Positions 43,493 through 54,106 of a stretch of 64,000 nucleotides of DNA are shown in pieces; position 1 is the first letter of the stretch; each line of letters begins with the position of its first letter. The DNA comes from an uncultured delta proteobacterium (lineage in GTDB: Bacteria > Desulfobacterota > Binatia > UBA9968), in assembly GCA_963771465.1 (NCBI GenBank), contig CAVYTU010000012.1, positions 206,642 to 270,641 on the forward strand, given 5' to 3'. The notes beneath the pieces are model-generated. The model was not told where the DNA came from and did no database searches. It worked only from the letters and a program-made list of their open reading frames with translations. The position numbers and the translations under genes were made by a program.

Positions 43493-43525
43493 GTAGGATT
43501 GAACTGAAAGGCGCTTCAGTTTGAT
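43493..43525. repeat. REP-like palindrome, copy B with 5' GTAG
   Basis: GTAGG-ATTGAACTGAA-aggcgc-TTCAGTTTGAT. Confidence 0.6.
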
Positions 43526-43648
43526 TGTATGATAAGGGTAGAGAAGTTAATTTGATTCTCAATCCTGCACGCGGTAGTTTCAGTCATTCTGTTTTTCCCG
43601 TTGCTGCCAGTTGATTCATTACAGATGAGAAAACCAACGGAGTGACTT

Positions 43649-44011
43649 ATGGCTAATCAAATCGTTTGGTGTGATATTCCGGTACTCGATTTGGATCGGG
43701 CGGTGAGGTTTTATTCGGCGGTGTTGGGTCAGGAAGTGAAAAGGCATGAGTTTCCCGGCATGACCGTTGGCGTGTTGCCGCACGGTGACGGCGAGGTCGG
43801 CGGTTGTCTGCTCGTGAGTGGCGATCAAAAGCCGAGCGAGCACGGTGTCATGATCTATCTCAACGCCAACGGTAGGCTGGATGACGCGAGCGCCGCCGTT
43901 GTGCCGAATGGCGGCAAGCTTGTGCAGCCGAAGCATTCGATCGGCCCTTTCGGTTGGCGTGCGATCATCCTCGACAGCGAGGGCAATCGAGTTGCGCTGC
44001 ATTCGGATTGA
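43649..44011 (+). CDS. VOC / glyoxalase family protein
   Basis: WCDIPVLDLDRAVRFY, GGK, DSEGNRVALHS. Confidence 0.9.
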   Translation: MANQIVWCDIPVLDLDRAVRFYSAVLGQEVKRHEFPGMTVGVLPHGDGEVGGCLLVSGDQKPSEHGVMIYLNANGRLDDASAAVVPNGGKLVQPKHSIGPFGWRAIILDSEGNRVALHSD

Positions 44012-44021
44012 GGCTTGCACC

Positions 44022-44345
44022 TTGACGAACCTGAAATTTCGTATTCTGCTCACCGTTGGGCTCGTCCTGGGAGTTTTGCCAATCTCGGCGCTGTCTGCAG
44101 AGTGGTTGTTGGTGGGCCGCCAGGGTGAATGTTTACCGCTGTCGAGTTTGGCGAGGAAAGGTCCAGAATTTCGTGGCCTGCAAACTCCTTATCAGCTGAT
44201 CGAGAAGATGCGCGCTGCGGGACATCAGGTTGAGGTCAAAGAACACGCGACACCCAAGGGTCCCATGGTGGAAGTTCGTGTGCCTGCCTAAGAGATCGCC
44301 GTTATGGTCGTCGCGGCGCAGGTCTGTAAGGCGTCGTCGCGCTGA
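44022..44345 (+). pseudogene. Exported small protein with internal TAA (44289-44291); paralog of the next gene
   Basis: WLLVGRQGEC...PYQLIEK...VEVRVPA*EIAVMVV...C aligns to 44404-44823 across the stop. Confidence 0.7.
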
Positions 44346-44403
44346 CGGTGGATGTCGAGTTGCGCCAAACGCTGAGAAATTTTAGAATTTGCGGCGGAGG
44401 TTG

Positions 44404-44823
44404 ATGATGAACGCCATTGCATCACGTTTTGGTCTCGCGGCGATGACCGTGACAATAACGATCACGTTGATGGCCGGCCGATTTGCCGTCGCTGCACAGG
44501 TCACTAAACGCGCACCGACCAAAGAGCCGGGGAGCAAAGCGGCGCCCATCGACGACAAAGCGACCTGGCTGCTCGCTGGCCGCGAAGGGGAATGTGCGCC
44601 TTTGACGATTTTTGAAAAAAAAGGCCCGGAATACAAAGACCTAAAAAGCCCGTATCAGTTGGCAGAGAAATTACGCGCCAGTGGTCACAAGGCGGAGGTC
44701 AAAGAATTCAAGGCGGGCGTCCGCCCGGCAGTTGAAGTGCGCGCGCCGTCAGCCGGGATTCACGTTATGTTCATCAAACAGGAACACTGCGACAAGAAAC
44801 CACCGGCCGTCGAGAAAAAATAA
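44404..44823 (+). CDS. Hypothetical exported protein with two Cys
   Basis: GGAGG RBS, signal peptide, WLLAGREGEC...PYQLAEK...VEVRAP...C. Confidence 0.75.
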   Translation: MMNAIASRFGLAAMTVTITITLMAGRFAVAAQVTKRAPTKEPGSKAAPIDDKATWLLAGREGECAPLTIFEKKGPEYKDLKSPYQLAEKLRASGHKAEVKEFKAGVRPAVEVRAPSAGIHVMFIKQEHCDKKPPAVEKK

Positions 44824-44828
44824 GGATT

Positions 44829-46664
44829 TTATTCTTCGGCTTCGTGGCGTCGGCGCGGCCGGTCCGCCTGTTTAAGAATTTTTTTGCGGAGTCTAATCGA
44901 TTGCGGCGTGATCTCCACTAACTCATCGTCAGAGATCCATTCCAAACCTGCTTCTAACCCCATCTCGCGGTGCGGCGAGATGATGATGTTTTCGTCTTTG
45001 CCGGCGGCGCGCATGTTGCTGAGCTTTTTCTCTTTGCAAATATTTACGTTCAGATCGTTTTCGCGCGCATACTCGCCGACCACCATGCCTTCGTAAACCT
45101 TTGTTCCCGGCGCGATGAACAGCACGCCGCGTTCCTGCAGGTGGAAAATCGCATAGGGCGGGGCTTGGCCTTCACGGTCGGCGACCATGGCGGCGTTGGT
45201 GCGCGATTGAATCGTCCCATGCCAGGGTTCCCAGCCGTTGAACAGCGCGTTCATGATGCCGGTGCCGCGGGTGTCGGTGAGAAATCGCGAGCGAAAGCCG
45301 ATCAAACCCCGCGACGGCACGGCAAATTCTAAACGCACGCGGCTCGAGCCGCCGTGTGTCATCTTGGTCATTTTGCCCTTGCGCATGGCTAGCAGCTGCG
45401 ACACCACGCCGATAAAATCTTCGGGAACATCGATCACCAGCAATTCCATCGGTTCATGGATCGCCCCGTCGATTTCGCGCGTGATGACGGTGGGCTTGGA
45501 GACCATCATCTCATAACCCTCGCGCCGCATGGTCTCAATGATAATCGCCAGGGCGAATTCGCCACGGCCGGTGACTTGAAAGGCGTCCGGTTGGGCGGTT
45601 TCCTCGACGCGCAGGCTGACATTGCGCCGCTGCTCGAAAAACAATCGTTCGCGCAGTTTGCGCGAGGTGACGAATTCCCCTTCGCGGCCGGACCAGGGCG
45701 AATTGTTAGCGCAGAAAAGCATCGCGATGGTCGGTTCGTCGATCCGTAACGGCGCCAGCGCTTGCGGCTTTTCGCGGTCGCTAATGGTATCGCCGATGCC
45801 GATATCCTCGATGCCGGCGATGGCGGCGATGTCGCCGGCTTGCACCGATGCGACTTCGACGCGTTTGAGTCCCTGCCAACCATAGACTTGGGTGACCTTG
45901 ACCAGTTGCTGGCTGCCGTCGACTCGGCAGAGCATGTATTGTCCGGGCGTGAGGGAGCCGTTCTTAACTCGGCCGACCGCCAGCCGGCCGACGTAATCGT
46001 TGTAATCGAGGTTGTTGGCTTGGAACTGCGTCGGCATCGCCGGGTCATAGCTTGGGCCCGATAGGGTTTCGACGATCAGGTCGAACATCGGTTTAAGATT
46101 TTCCCCGGGCTGTTTGAGGTCGAGGGTCGCCGTGCCGGCGCGGGCGTTGGTATAGACCACGGGGAAATCGAGCTGGTCTTCGCTGGCGTCGAGGTCGATG
46201 AAGAGATCATAGATCTCGTCAAGCACCACGGCGATGCGCGCGTCGGGCCGGTCGATTTTATTGATGCAGACGATCGGCGTGAGCTTGGCCTCCAGCGCTT
46301 TTTTCAATACGAAGCGAGTCTGCGGTAACGGTCCTTCCGAGGCGTCGACCAGCAGCATGACGCCGTCGACCATCGCCAAGGTTCGTTCCACTTCGCCGCC
46401 GAAGTCGGCATGGCCCGGGGTGTCGACGATATTGATCTTGACGTTGTGGTAATGGATCGAGATGTTTTTCGCCATGATCGTGATGCCGCGCTCGCGCTCT
46501 AGATCCATGGAGTCCATGACGCGCTCGGCGACTTGTTCATTGGCTCTGAAAATCCCGCTTTGATGCAGCAAGGCATCGACCAAAGTCGTTTTGCCATGGT
46601 CGACGTGGGCGATGATCGCGATGTTGCGCAGATCGTCGCGCCGGGTGAGTTGGGCTTGAGTCAT
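44829..46664 (-). CDS. typA: Translational GTPase TypA/BipA
   Basis: [47 protein letters not shown]. Confidence 0.97.
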   Translation of the reverse strand: MTQAQLTRRDDLRNIAIIAHVDHGKTTLVDALLHQSGIFRANEQVAERVMDSMDLERERGITIMAKNISIHYHNVKINIVDTPGHADFGGEVERTLAMVDGVMLLVDASEGPLPQTRFVLKKALEAKLTPIVCINKIDRPDARIAVVLDEIYDLFIDLDASEDQLDFPVVYTNARAGTATLDLKQPGENLKPMFDLIVETLSGPSYDPAMPTQFQANNLDYNDYVGRLAVGRVKNGSLTPGQYMLCRVDGSQQLVKVTQVYGWQGLKRVEVASVQAGDIAAIAGIEDIGIGDTISDREKPQALAPLRIDEPTIAMLFCANNSPWSGREGEFVTSRKLRERLFFEQRRNVSLRVEETAQPDAFQVTGRGEFALAIIIETMRREGYEMMVSKPTVITREIDGAIHEPMELLVIDVPEDFIGVVSQLLAMRKGKMTKMTHGGSSRVRLEFAVPSRGLIGFRSRFLTDTRGTGIMNALFNGWEPWHGTIQSRTNAAMVADREGQAPPYAIFHLQERGVLFIAPGTKVYEGMVVGEYARENDLNVNICKEKKLSNMRAAGKDENIIISPHREMGLEAGLEWISDDELVEITPQSIRLRKKILKQADRPRRRHEAEE

Positions 46665-46788
46665 GACCAACTGTTATCAAAGTTCGCTTCGCCGAAGTCA
46701 AGCGAGCGGCGAAATGTCCCGCAATTCTCAGCCGTTGGACATCGTTACCTTGCGATTGCCGGGGGCGTAGAGTATTTTTAAAAGTTAC

Positions 46789-48528
46789 ATGGGGCGTTTG
46801 TGGCACTACTTGGGGCGCTATCGGCGCCTCTACTTGGTCGGCGGCGTGTGTTTACTCGGCACGGTGACCTTGGTCATGTGGATCCCTTGGTGGACCCGGG
46901 AGATCGTCCGCATCATCGAGCAGGGCGGTTCGATGCGCGACGTTACCGTTTACGCCTTGCTGATCATCGCCGCCGCCTTGTTGCAAGGCGTGGTGCGCAC
47001 CTATTCACGGGCGCTGATTTTTAACGCCGGGCGCAACGTCGAGTACGATTTGCGCAACGATCTGTTCGCCCATCTGGAAAAACTGCCGCTGTCTTTCTAC
47101 CAGTCGCGCCGCACCGGCGATCTCATGTCGCGGGTGATCAACGATATCTCGGCGGTGCGGGTGATGCTCGGCCCCGGCGTGCTCAACTTCGTCAACGCGC
47201 CGCTTTATTACGTTTACGCCGTCGCGCTGATGCTGTCGATGGACGTGCGCATGACACTGGCGGCGCTGGTGCCGTTTCCGCTGTTGATGTACGTGGCGCG
47301 CAAGTTTCGCGGCCGCATAATGAATACCTCGCTGCAGGTGCAGCAGCAGATGTCGGTGCTGAGCAGCCACGTCCAGGAAAATTTGAGCGGCATGCACGTG
47401 GTCAAAGCCTACTCCCAGGAAGAGTTTCAAACCCAGCAGTTTATTGCTTTCAACAAAGACTACGAAGTCAAAAGCATGGAAATGGCTAAGATGCGCGGCA
47501 TCGTCAATCCGGTGATGCAGGGCATTAGCGGACTCACGGTGCTGATCGTTATCTGGTACGGCGGCGTGCGCGTTATGCGCGGCGATCTGCTGGTCGCCGA
47601 TATCGTCGCTTTCATCGCTTACTTGAACGTGTTGGCGTGGCCGACGGCGGCGTTTGGCTGGATGTTGTCGCTGGTCGAGCGCGGCCGCGCGGCGATGCGC
47701 CGCCTGGAGGAGATTTTAGAAACTCAACCTGAGATCGCCAACCAGTCGGTACCGCTCGCATCCCACGGGCTTAAACAAGGCATCGAATTCCGCAACGTCT
47801 CGTTTGCGTTCGATCGGCAAAGAAACGGCCACGGCGCGCTGGAAGGTATTAGTTTTAAATTGCCCGTGGGCAAATCGGTCGGCCTGGTCGGCCGCATCGG
47901 CTCGGGAAAGAGCACCGTGGCTCAATTGGTGCCCCGGCTTTTCGATGTCTCGTCGGGAGCGATTCTTTTCGACGGTCAGAACATCGGCCAGATGGCTTTA
48001 TCCGACCTCCGCCGCATGATGGGCTATGTACCTCAGGATCCGTTTCTTTTCTCGACGACGCTCAGACGCAATCTCGCCTTGGGCCGTGAAGAGTACACTG
48101 AAAGCGAGCTCGAACGTGCGGTGAGCATCGCCAGACTCGACCGCGATCTGGAGATTTTTCCCCGCGGGTTGGAAACCATGGTCGGCGAGCGCGGCGTGAC
48201 CTTGTCCGGCGGCCAAAAGCAACGCGCTACGCTGGCGCGCGCATTGATGATGGACCCGCCGGTGTTGGTCCTGGATGATTGTCTCTCCAGCGTCGATGCG
48301 CAGACCGAAGCGGAGATTCTCCAAGGGCTGCGTGCGTTTCTCAAGGATAAAACCTGCCTAATCATTTCCCACCGCATCTCCGCAGTCAAAGAAGCCGACG
48401 AGATTCTCGTACTCGAAGAGGGCAGGATCATCGAGCGCGGCGACCACGAGGAGTTGGTGCGCCAGGGCGGCGTCTATGCCGAACTTTATCAGCAGCAACG
48501 GCTCAGCGAGGAGCTTGAACAGATCTGA
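46789..48528 (+). CDS. Heterodimeric ABC exporter subunit (TM plus NBD)
   Basis: GRIGSGKST, LSGGQKQR, VLDDCLS (catalytic E to D, degenerate site). Confidence 0.92.
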   Translation: MGRLWHYLGRYRRLYLVGGVCLLGTVTLVMWIPWWTREIVRIIEQGGSMRDVTVYALLIIAAALLQGVVRTYSRALIFNAGRNVEYDLRNDLFAHLEKLPLSFYQSRRTGDLMSRVINDISAVRVMLGPGVLNFVNAPLYYVYAVALMLSMDVRMTLAALVPFPLLMYVARKFRGRIMNTSLQVQQQMSVLSSHVQENLSGMHVVKAYSQEEFQTQQFIAFNKDYEVKSMEMAKMRGIVNPVMQGISGLTVLIVIWYGGVRVMRGDLLVADIVAFIAYLNVLAWPTAAFGWMLSLVERGRAAMRRLEEILETQPEIANQSVPLASHGLKQGIEFRNVSFAFDRQRNGHGALEGISFKLPVGKSVGLVGRIGSGKSTVAQLVPRLFDVSSGAILFDGQNIGQMALSDLRRMMGYVPQDPFLFSTTLRRNLALGREEYTESELERAVSIARLDRDLEIFPRGLETMVGERGVTLSGGQKQRATLARALMMDPPVLVLDDCLSSVDAQTEAEILQGLRAFLKDKTCLIISHRISAVKEADEILVLEEGRIIERGDHEELVRQGGVYAELYQQQRLSEELEQI

Positions 48529-50345
48529 TGGCGCAAGCGGCAGAGCAAGAAGAAGTTCTCGGCAAAGCCTACGATCTCCGCCTGATCAAGCGTTTGTGGA
48601 AATTTATCATTCCCTACAAGCGGTTGTTTTTTTTCACCATGCTGCTCTTGCCGTTGCAGCAAGCCTTTGGCTTGGCCCAGCCGTATCTGATGAAGATCGG
48701 CATCGATCGATACATTGCCGGCAAGGATCTCTGGGGCTTGCAGAACGTCATGCTACTGTTTCTGCTGGCGTTGATCGGTGAAACCGTAGCGGCGTTCGCG
48801 CATCATTACTTTTCCATGCTGGTGGCCCAGCGCTGTCTGGCCGATATGCGCGTGGCGATTTTTGCTCATGTGCAGAAACTGCCGTTGAGTTATTTCGACC
48901 GCAATCCGGTGGGCCGGCTGGTGACGCGCATGACCACCGATGTCGACGTGCTGCAAGAAATGTTTTCTTCCGGCGTGATGACGCTGTTATCCGACTTCAT
49001 CATGGTCGCCTGGATCGTCGGCATCATGTTCTATCTCCATCCCGGATTGGCGCTGGTCTCGCTGGCGTTGATCCCGCCGATGGCGTTGGCGATCAATTTT
49101 TTTCGCGTCAAGGCGCGGCAGAATTATCGCCAGATCCGCGAGCGTATCGCGCGGGTCAACGCTTATCTGGGCGAAGCGATCTCGGGCATGGCGGTGATCC
49201 AGCTTTTTTCCCGCGAGCAAAAAACCTACCGTGAGTTCGAAGCGCTCAACGCCGATCATCGCGACGCTTATCATTTGTCGAACCTCTACGAAGCGGCGCT
49301 CTACTCGATGGTCGAAGCGGCCGGTTCGGTGAGCCTCGGGCTTTTGCTCTGGTACGGCGGCGGCGAAGTGCTGCACGGCGTCATCGGTATCGGCACGCTG
49401 GTGGCATTCAAGGAGTATATTCATCGCTTCTTCGTGCCGCTGCGCGACTTCAGCCAGAAATACGCGGTCATGCAGTCGGCGATGGCTTCAGCGGAAAGAA
49501 TTTTCCAACTGCTCGATACGCCGGTGGATATTGAAAACCCGAAAAATGCCGTCGTGCCCAAGCCGTTTCGCGGCGAAGTGGTCTTCGACAACGTCTGGTT
49601 TCACTATAAAGCCGGCGATCCGGTGTTGAAAGGCGTGTCGTTTCGCATCGCGCCGGGCGAAAAGATCGCGGTCGTCGGCGCCACCGGTTCCGGCAAGACG
49701 ACGACGATCAAATTGCTCAATCGTTCCTACGACATTCAAAAAGGTTCGGTAAAAGTCAGCGGCGTCGACGTGCGTGAATGGGACTTAAAAGCGTTGCGCC
49801 GCCATATCGGCGTGGTCTTGCAGGATGTGTTTCTTTTCTCCGGCGACGTGCGCGGCAATCTAGCCCTCGGCGATCCGTCGGTCAGCCAGGCGCGCATCGA
49901 ACAGGCGGCGCGCCATGCCAACGCGGAAAGTTTTATTCGCCAACTGCCCGACGGCTATCAAGCTTCCGTGCGCGAGCGCGGCAGCAACTTTTCCGGCGGG
50001 CAGCGCCAGCTTTTGTCTCTGGCGCGGGTGCTGGTTTTCCAGCCGGAAATTCTCGTCATGGATGAAGCGACTTCGAGCGTCGACACCGAGACCGAAGCCT
50101 TGATCCAAGACGCTCTGGAAAAAGTCATGCGCGGCAGAACCTGTCTGATGATTGCGCACCGGCTCTCGACCATTCGCAACGCCGACCGGATTATCGTCTT
50201 GCACCACGGCGAGGTGCGCGAGATCGGTTCCCATGCCGAGCTGATGGAAAAGCACGGAATCTATCATCGTCTGTACCAGCTGCAGTACGAGCGGGAGGAG
50301 TTGAAGCTCGCGCCGCCAGTGAGCCTAGCTAAGGTCGATGCCTAA
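48528..50345 (+). CDS. Heterodimeric ABC exporter subunit (TM plus NBD)
   Basis: GATGSGKTT, FSGGQRQL, MDEATSSVD, IAHRLST. Confidence 0.92.
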   Translation: MAQAAEQEEVLGKAYDLRLIKRLWKFIIPYKRLFFFTMLLLPLQQAFGLAQPYLMKIGIDRYIAGKDLWGLQNVMLLFLLALIGETVAAFAHHYFSMLVAQRCLADMRVAIFAHVQKLPLSYFDRNPVGRLVTRMTTDVDVLQEMFSSGVMTLLSDFIMVAWIVGIMFYLHPGLALVSLALIPPMALAINFFRVKARQNYRQIRERIARVNAYLGEAISGMAVIQLFSREQKTYREFEALNADHRDAYHLSNLYEAALYSMVEAAGSVSLGLLLWYGGGEVLHGVIGIGTLVAFKEYIHRFFVPLRDFSQKYAVMQSAMASAERIFQLLDTPVDIENPKNAVVPKPFRGEVVFDNVWFHYKAGDPVLKGVSFRIAPGEKIAVVGATGSGKTTTIKLLNRSYDIQKGSVKVSGVDVREWDLKALRRHIGVVLQDVFLFSGDVRGNLALGDPSVSQARIEQAARHANAESFIRQLPDGYQASVRERGSNFSGGQRQLLSLARVLVFQPEILVMDEATSSVDTETEALIQDALEKVMRGRTCLMIAHRLSTIRNADRIIVLHHGEVREIGSHAELMEKHGIYHRLYQLQYEREELKLAPPVSLAKVDA

Positions 50346-51480
50346 CAGCACTGCTCAAAAAGTTCCGCTACTCCGACCCAGCTTCATTCGTCTAACCCAA
50401 GTGCGACCGCGCCAATTACTCTGGCTGAGTTTGATCGGCATGTTCCTTGGATCGATTTTATCCGGCTGTTCGCCGGTCTACGTTTTGCGCGCCGCCTATG
50501 AAGAAGGAAAAATTCTCTGGCGGCGCACGCCGATCGTCGATTATGCGCAGAAGCCCGACGTCGAGTTCGATACCCAAGAGAAATTAAACACGGTCTTGGC
50601 GGTGCGCGAGTACGCGCGCGACGCGCTCAAGCTCAACGTCGGCGGCAGCTATGCAAGCTACTCATACGTCGACCGGCCGGATTTGACCCATATTGTCGTC
50701 GCCGCGCCGAAAACCGAGCTGCGGCCTTACACCTGGTGGTTTTTGATCGTCGGCAGCGTGCCGTACAAAGGCTTCTTCGAAAAAGCCGACGCCGAGCGGG
50801 AGGCCGAGAGATTAAGAGCCGATGGCTACGATACCAACATTCGCACTTCTGCCGCGTTCAGCACGCTCGGCTGGTTCGACGATCCCTTGCTGTCGCACTT
50901 GTTGCGCTATGACAAAATCGTGCTCAGCGAAATTGTTTTTCACGAGCTGTTTCATCAAACGCTGTACATCAAAGGCGCCGGCGCCTTCAACGAAAGCGTC
51001 GCCAACTTCATCGGCCATCGCGCCGCCATCGATTTTTTCCGCGATCGTTTTGGCGAAGAGAGCGAAGAGCATCGGCGCGCCGTCGAAGGTTGGGCAGAGG
51101 AACGGGAGTTCGGCGCGTTTATTTTTGAAATGGCGCAGACGCTGACCGAGCTCTACGGCCGCGATATCCCGCGCAACGACAAACTGAGACTGCGCGAAGA
51201 GGTTTTTACCCGCGCCAAAGCCGAATGGGCGCGTCGGATCGCCGACCGGCCGCAACACCGTTTGCGCAATTTCAGCCGCTTGCCGCTCAACAACGCCGTG
51301 CTGATGCACTACGTGGTTTATTTGAAAGATTTCGATCTGTTCGAGTCGCTCTACGATTTGTCTGGACGAAGCTTAAAAACAACGATCGAATACTTGAAGC
51401 AAGCGGTCGATGGCGGCGGCGAGCCGTTTGATGCCGTGCGAGTATTTTTGGCCGCCAAGAAAGCGCAGGGGGCAAATTAA
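50338..51480 (+). CDS. Predicted zinc aminopeptidase lipoprotein (DUF2265-like)
   Basis: LSGC lipobox-like, VPYKGFF, STLGWFDDPL, HELFH...FNES zincin motif. Confidence 0.82.
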   Translation: MPNSTAQKVPLLRPSFIRLTQVRPRQLLWLSLIGMFLGSILSGCSPVYVLRAAYEEGKILWRRTPIVDYAQKPDVEFDTQEKLNTVLAVREYARDALKLNVGGSYASYSYVDRPDLTHIVVAAPKTELRPYTWWFLIVGSVPYKGFFEKADAEREAERLRADGYDTNIRTSAAFSTLGWFDDPLLSHLLRYDKIVLSEIVFHELFHQTLYIKGAGAFNESVANFIGHRAAIDFFRDRFGEESEEHRRAVEGWAEEREFGAFIFEMAQTLTELYGRDIPRNDKLRLREEVFTRAKAEWARRIADRPQHRLRNFSRLPLNNAVLMHYVVYLKDFDLFESLYDLSGRSLKTTIEYLKQAVDGGGEPFDAVRVFLAAKKAQGAN

Positions 51481-52346
51481 GTCTGCGCCATCACTTTGCT
51501 GAAACGCCGCATGGCTTCAATGTGAGCGGATGGTGAATTCAGTCCGGCCTTCATGGTGTTTAAACTGACATGCGTGACGCCCAGCGACTGCCAGGCTTGC
51601 AACTCTTTCGACCAAGTTTCGGGCAAGCCCGTGCCGAAAGAAACACGACCCTCGACGCCAATCGCATCTGGATTGCGCCCGGCGTCTTTGGCCAAGCTGC
51701 GAATTTTCTCCATCATCTGTCGGCACTTCTCATCCGGACCGACTAAGGGAAACCAGCCATCGCCGAGTTTTGCCAGACGGCCTAGCGCGCGCTCGTCGCT
51801 GCCGCCAAACCAAATTGGAATCGGCCGTTGTATCGGCAACGGATTGATGCCGGCGTCGGTGATCTTGTGCCAGTGGCCTTCGAACGTCACGGTCGTTTCG
51901 GTCCAGAGCTTGCGCAGAACTTCGATCTGCTCTTCGGAGCGCCGGCCGCGATTGCTAAAATCGGCGCCGAGGGCTTCGTATTCCACCGGATTCCAGCCAA
52001 TACCGATGCCGAAGCGCAAACGACCGCCGCTCAAGACATCGAGCGCCGCGGCTTGCTTGGCAACCAAGACGGTCTGGCGCTGGGGCAGGATGATAATGCC
52101 GGTGACGAATTCTATCTTCTTGGTGATACCGGCCAGATAGCCGAACAGAACAAAGGGTTCGTGGAAACTGTCTAGATGACTGTAGGGCGGTTTCCAATTG
52201 GGGCGACTCGCTGGGTTGGCGCCGATGACATGGTCATAGGCGAGAATATGCGAAAAACCGAGTTCCTCGGCGGTTTGGCCGTAGTCTTTGATAAAATACG
52301 GATCGGAACCAATCTCAGTTTGGGGAAAAACTACTCCAATACGCAT
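51477..52346 (-). CDS. LLM-class (putative F420-dependent) oxidoreductase
   Basis: MRIGVVFPQ, YDHV, FHEP, LPQRQTVLVAKQAA, GIGWNPVE. Confidence 0.9.
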   Translation of the reverse strand: MRIGVVFPQTEIGSDPYFIKDYGQTAEELGFSHILAYDHVIGANPASRPNWKPPYSHLDSFHEPFVLFGYLAGITKKIEFVTGIIILPQRQTVLVAKQAAALDVLSGGRLRFGIGIGWNPVEYEALGADFSNRGRRSEEQIEVLRKLWTETTVTFEGHWHKITDAGINPLPIQRPIPIWFGGSDERALGRLAKLGDGWFPLVGPDEKCRQMMEKIRSLAKDAGRNPDAIGVEGRVSFGTGLPETWSKELQAWQSLGVTHVSLNTMKAGLNSPSAHIEAMRRFSKVMAQT

Positions 52347-52517
52347 ACTTGGGTCCTCCGAATTTCACCTAGGTGATATTAAGACATATTTGCCGAGTTT
52401 TGAACGGGGACTTGAATTTCCACCGGACCGTACGCAAATTGTTGATAGCTAAAATCGCACCTTGACTTAACCCAATCGTTTCGTAGGATAGCTAACATCA
52501 GACGGAGGAAAAAAGCT

Positions 52518-53396
52518 ATGAACGGTCTGCGTACCACGATTCTCCTAGCGGCTCTAACGGCGCTGGTAGTCTGGATCGGTCAGATGGTCGGCGGCCCCAA
52601 CGGCGCGATTATGGCCTTAATCATGGCCGGCGCGATGAACTTCTTCAGCTATTGGTTCAGCGACAAGATCGTCCTCAAAATGTACGGCGCACAAGAAATA
52701 ACCGCCAACGACGACCCCGAGCTCTACGGCATAGTGCAGGAGTTGGCCGCGAAGGGCGGTCTGCCAATGCCTAAGGTTTACGTGATTCCAGAAGACACGC
52801 CCAACGCTTTTGCGACGGGGCGCAACCCGGAACATGCGGCGGTGGCCGTCACACAGGGTATTCGGCGCATTCTCAACAAACGTGAATTGGCCGGCGTGCT
52901 TGGGCACGAGTTGTCGCATGTGAAACACCGGGATATTTTGATCAGTAGCATCGCGGCGACGCTCGCCGGCGCGATCAGTTATCTAGCGTACATGGCGCAG
53001 TGGGGCATGATATTAGGCGGCGGCAGCCGTGATCGCGACGAGGGCGGCGGCAATATCTTCAGCTTACTGTTCATGATGATCGTCGCGCCGATAGCGGCGA
53101 TGTTGATTCAAATGGCCGTGTCGCGTTCGCGCGAATACCTCGCGGATGAAGGCGGCGCGAAGATTTCCGGCGATCCGTTGGCCTTGGCCAGCGCGCTGCG
53201 CAAGCTGCACATGGGGGCGCAGAATATCCCCATGCAAGTAAACAATGCGACGCAAAATGCCACGGCGCATATGTTCATCGTCAACCCGCTCAGCGGCGGC
53301 ACTCTGGCGTCGCTGTTCAGCACTCATCCGGCGATGGAAGAACGCATCGCCCGTCTCGAAGCGATGGCGAAAGACTTGAGCTATATGCGGAGTTAG
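52518..53396 (+). CDS. htpX: Zinc metalloprotease HtpX
   Basis: [29 protein letters not shown]. Confidence 0.95.
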   Translation: MNGLRTTILLAALTALVVWIGQMVGGPNGAIMALIMAGAMNFFSYWFSDKIVLKMYGAQEITANDDPELYGIVQELAAKGGLPMPKVYVIPEDTPNAFATGRNPEHAAVAVTQGIRRILNKRELAGVLGHELSHVKHRDILISSIAATLAGAISYLAYMAQWGMILGGGSRDRDEGGGNIFSLLFMMIVAPIAAMLIQMAVSRSREYLADEGGAKISGDPLALASALRKLHMGAQNIPMQVNNATQNATAHMFIVNPLSGGTLASLFSTHPAMEERIARLEAMAKDLSYMRS

Positions 53397-53421
53397 TTCG
53401 ATCTCGCTGGGGTCAAATTCT

Positions 53422-54072
53422 TTAGTCTAAAATCTTTTCTTGCAGCCAGGCCGAGAGGTCCAGCAGACTTCTCGGCCTGATTTCATGGCCCATCTCGTAT
53501 TCGCGAAAAGTTGGCGCCATCTTCATTCCCCGCAAAATTTCGACTGATCGTTGTGCTCGTTCGATCTCGATGGTCGGGTCTTGTCTGCCATGGTGGATGA
53601 GTGTCGGCAGCGCTGTTACTTTGTCGCTGACGTTAAGGTGCGGCATAAGCTCCGGCGGTAACCAGCTGCTTAGCGCAACCAGCGCGGCGAAGCGTTCGGG
53701 CTGCGCCAGCGCTAAACTGTAGGCCATCACGCCGCCTTGGCTGAAACCCAGCACCAGCAATTTCTTCAAGTCGATGGGGTAGCGAGTAATGCAGTCGTCG
53801 AGCACGGATTGGAGTTGCTTTTGCGACGATAGCATTCCTTGCACGTCCGGCGGGCCGCCCAGACTCATCGAATACCAGGCGTAACCGACCTGGTCGGGGC
53901 TGATCGGCGTTTCCAATGGCGCCTGCGGACAGATGATCAGGAATTTGCCGCCGCAAAGAAAAGGCGCCAAGCCGAGCAAATCGAAGGCATTGGCGCCGCG
54001 GCCGTGCAGGGTGAAAATCGTCGGATGCGGCCCGGCGCCGGGCGGCTGGTAAATGGTGTGGGCTAACTGCAC
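53422..54072 (-). CDS. Phospholipase/carboxylesterase (alpha/beta hydrolase)
   Basis: LHGRG, GFSQGG, HGRQD, GHEI. Confidence 0.9.
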   Translation of the reverse strand: MQLAHTIYQPPGAGPHPTIFTLHGRGANAFDLLGLAPFLCGGKFLIICPQAPLETPISPDQVGYAWYSMSLGGPPDVQGMLSSQKQLQSVLDDCITRYPIDLKKLLVLGFSQGGVMAYSLALAQPERFAALVALSSWLPPELMPHLNVSDKVTALPTLIHHGRQDPTIEIERAQRSVEILRGMKMAPTFREYEMGHEIRPRSLLDLSAWLQEKILD

Positions 54073-54106
54073 TGTCCGATCCTCCCCGTAATAGCTTATG
54101 TCCTGA

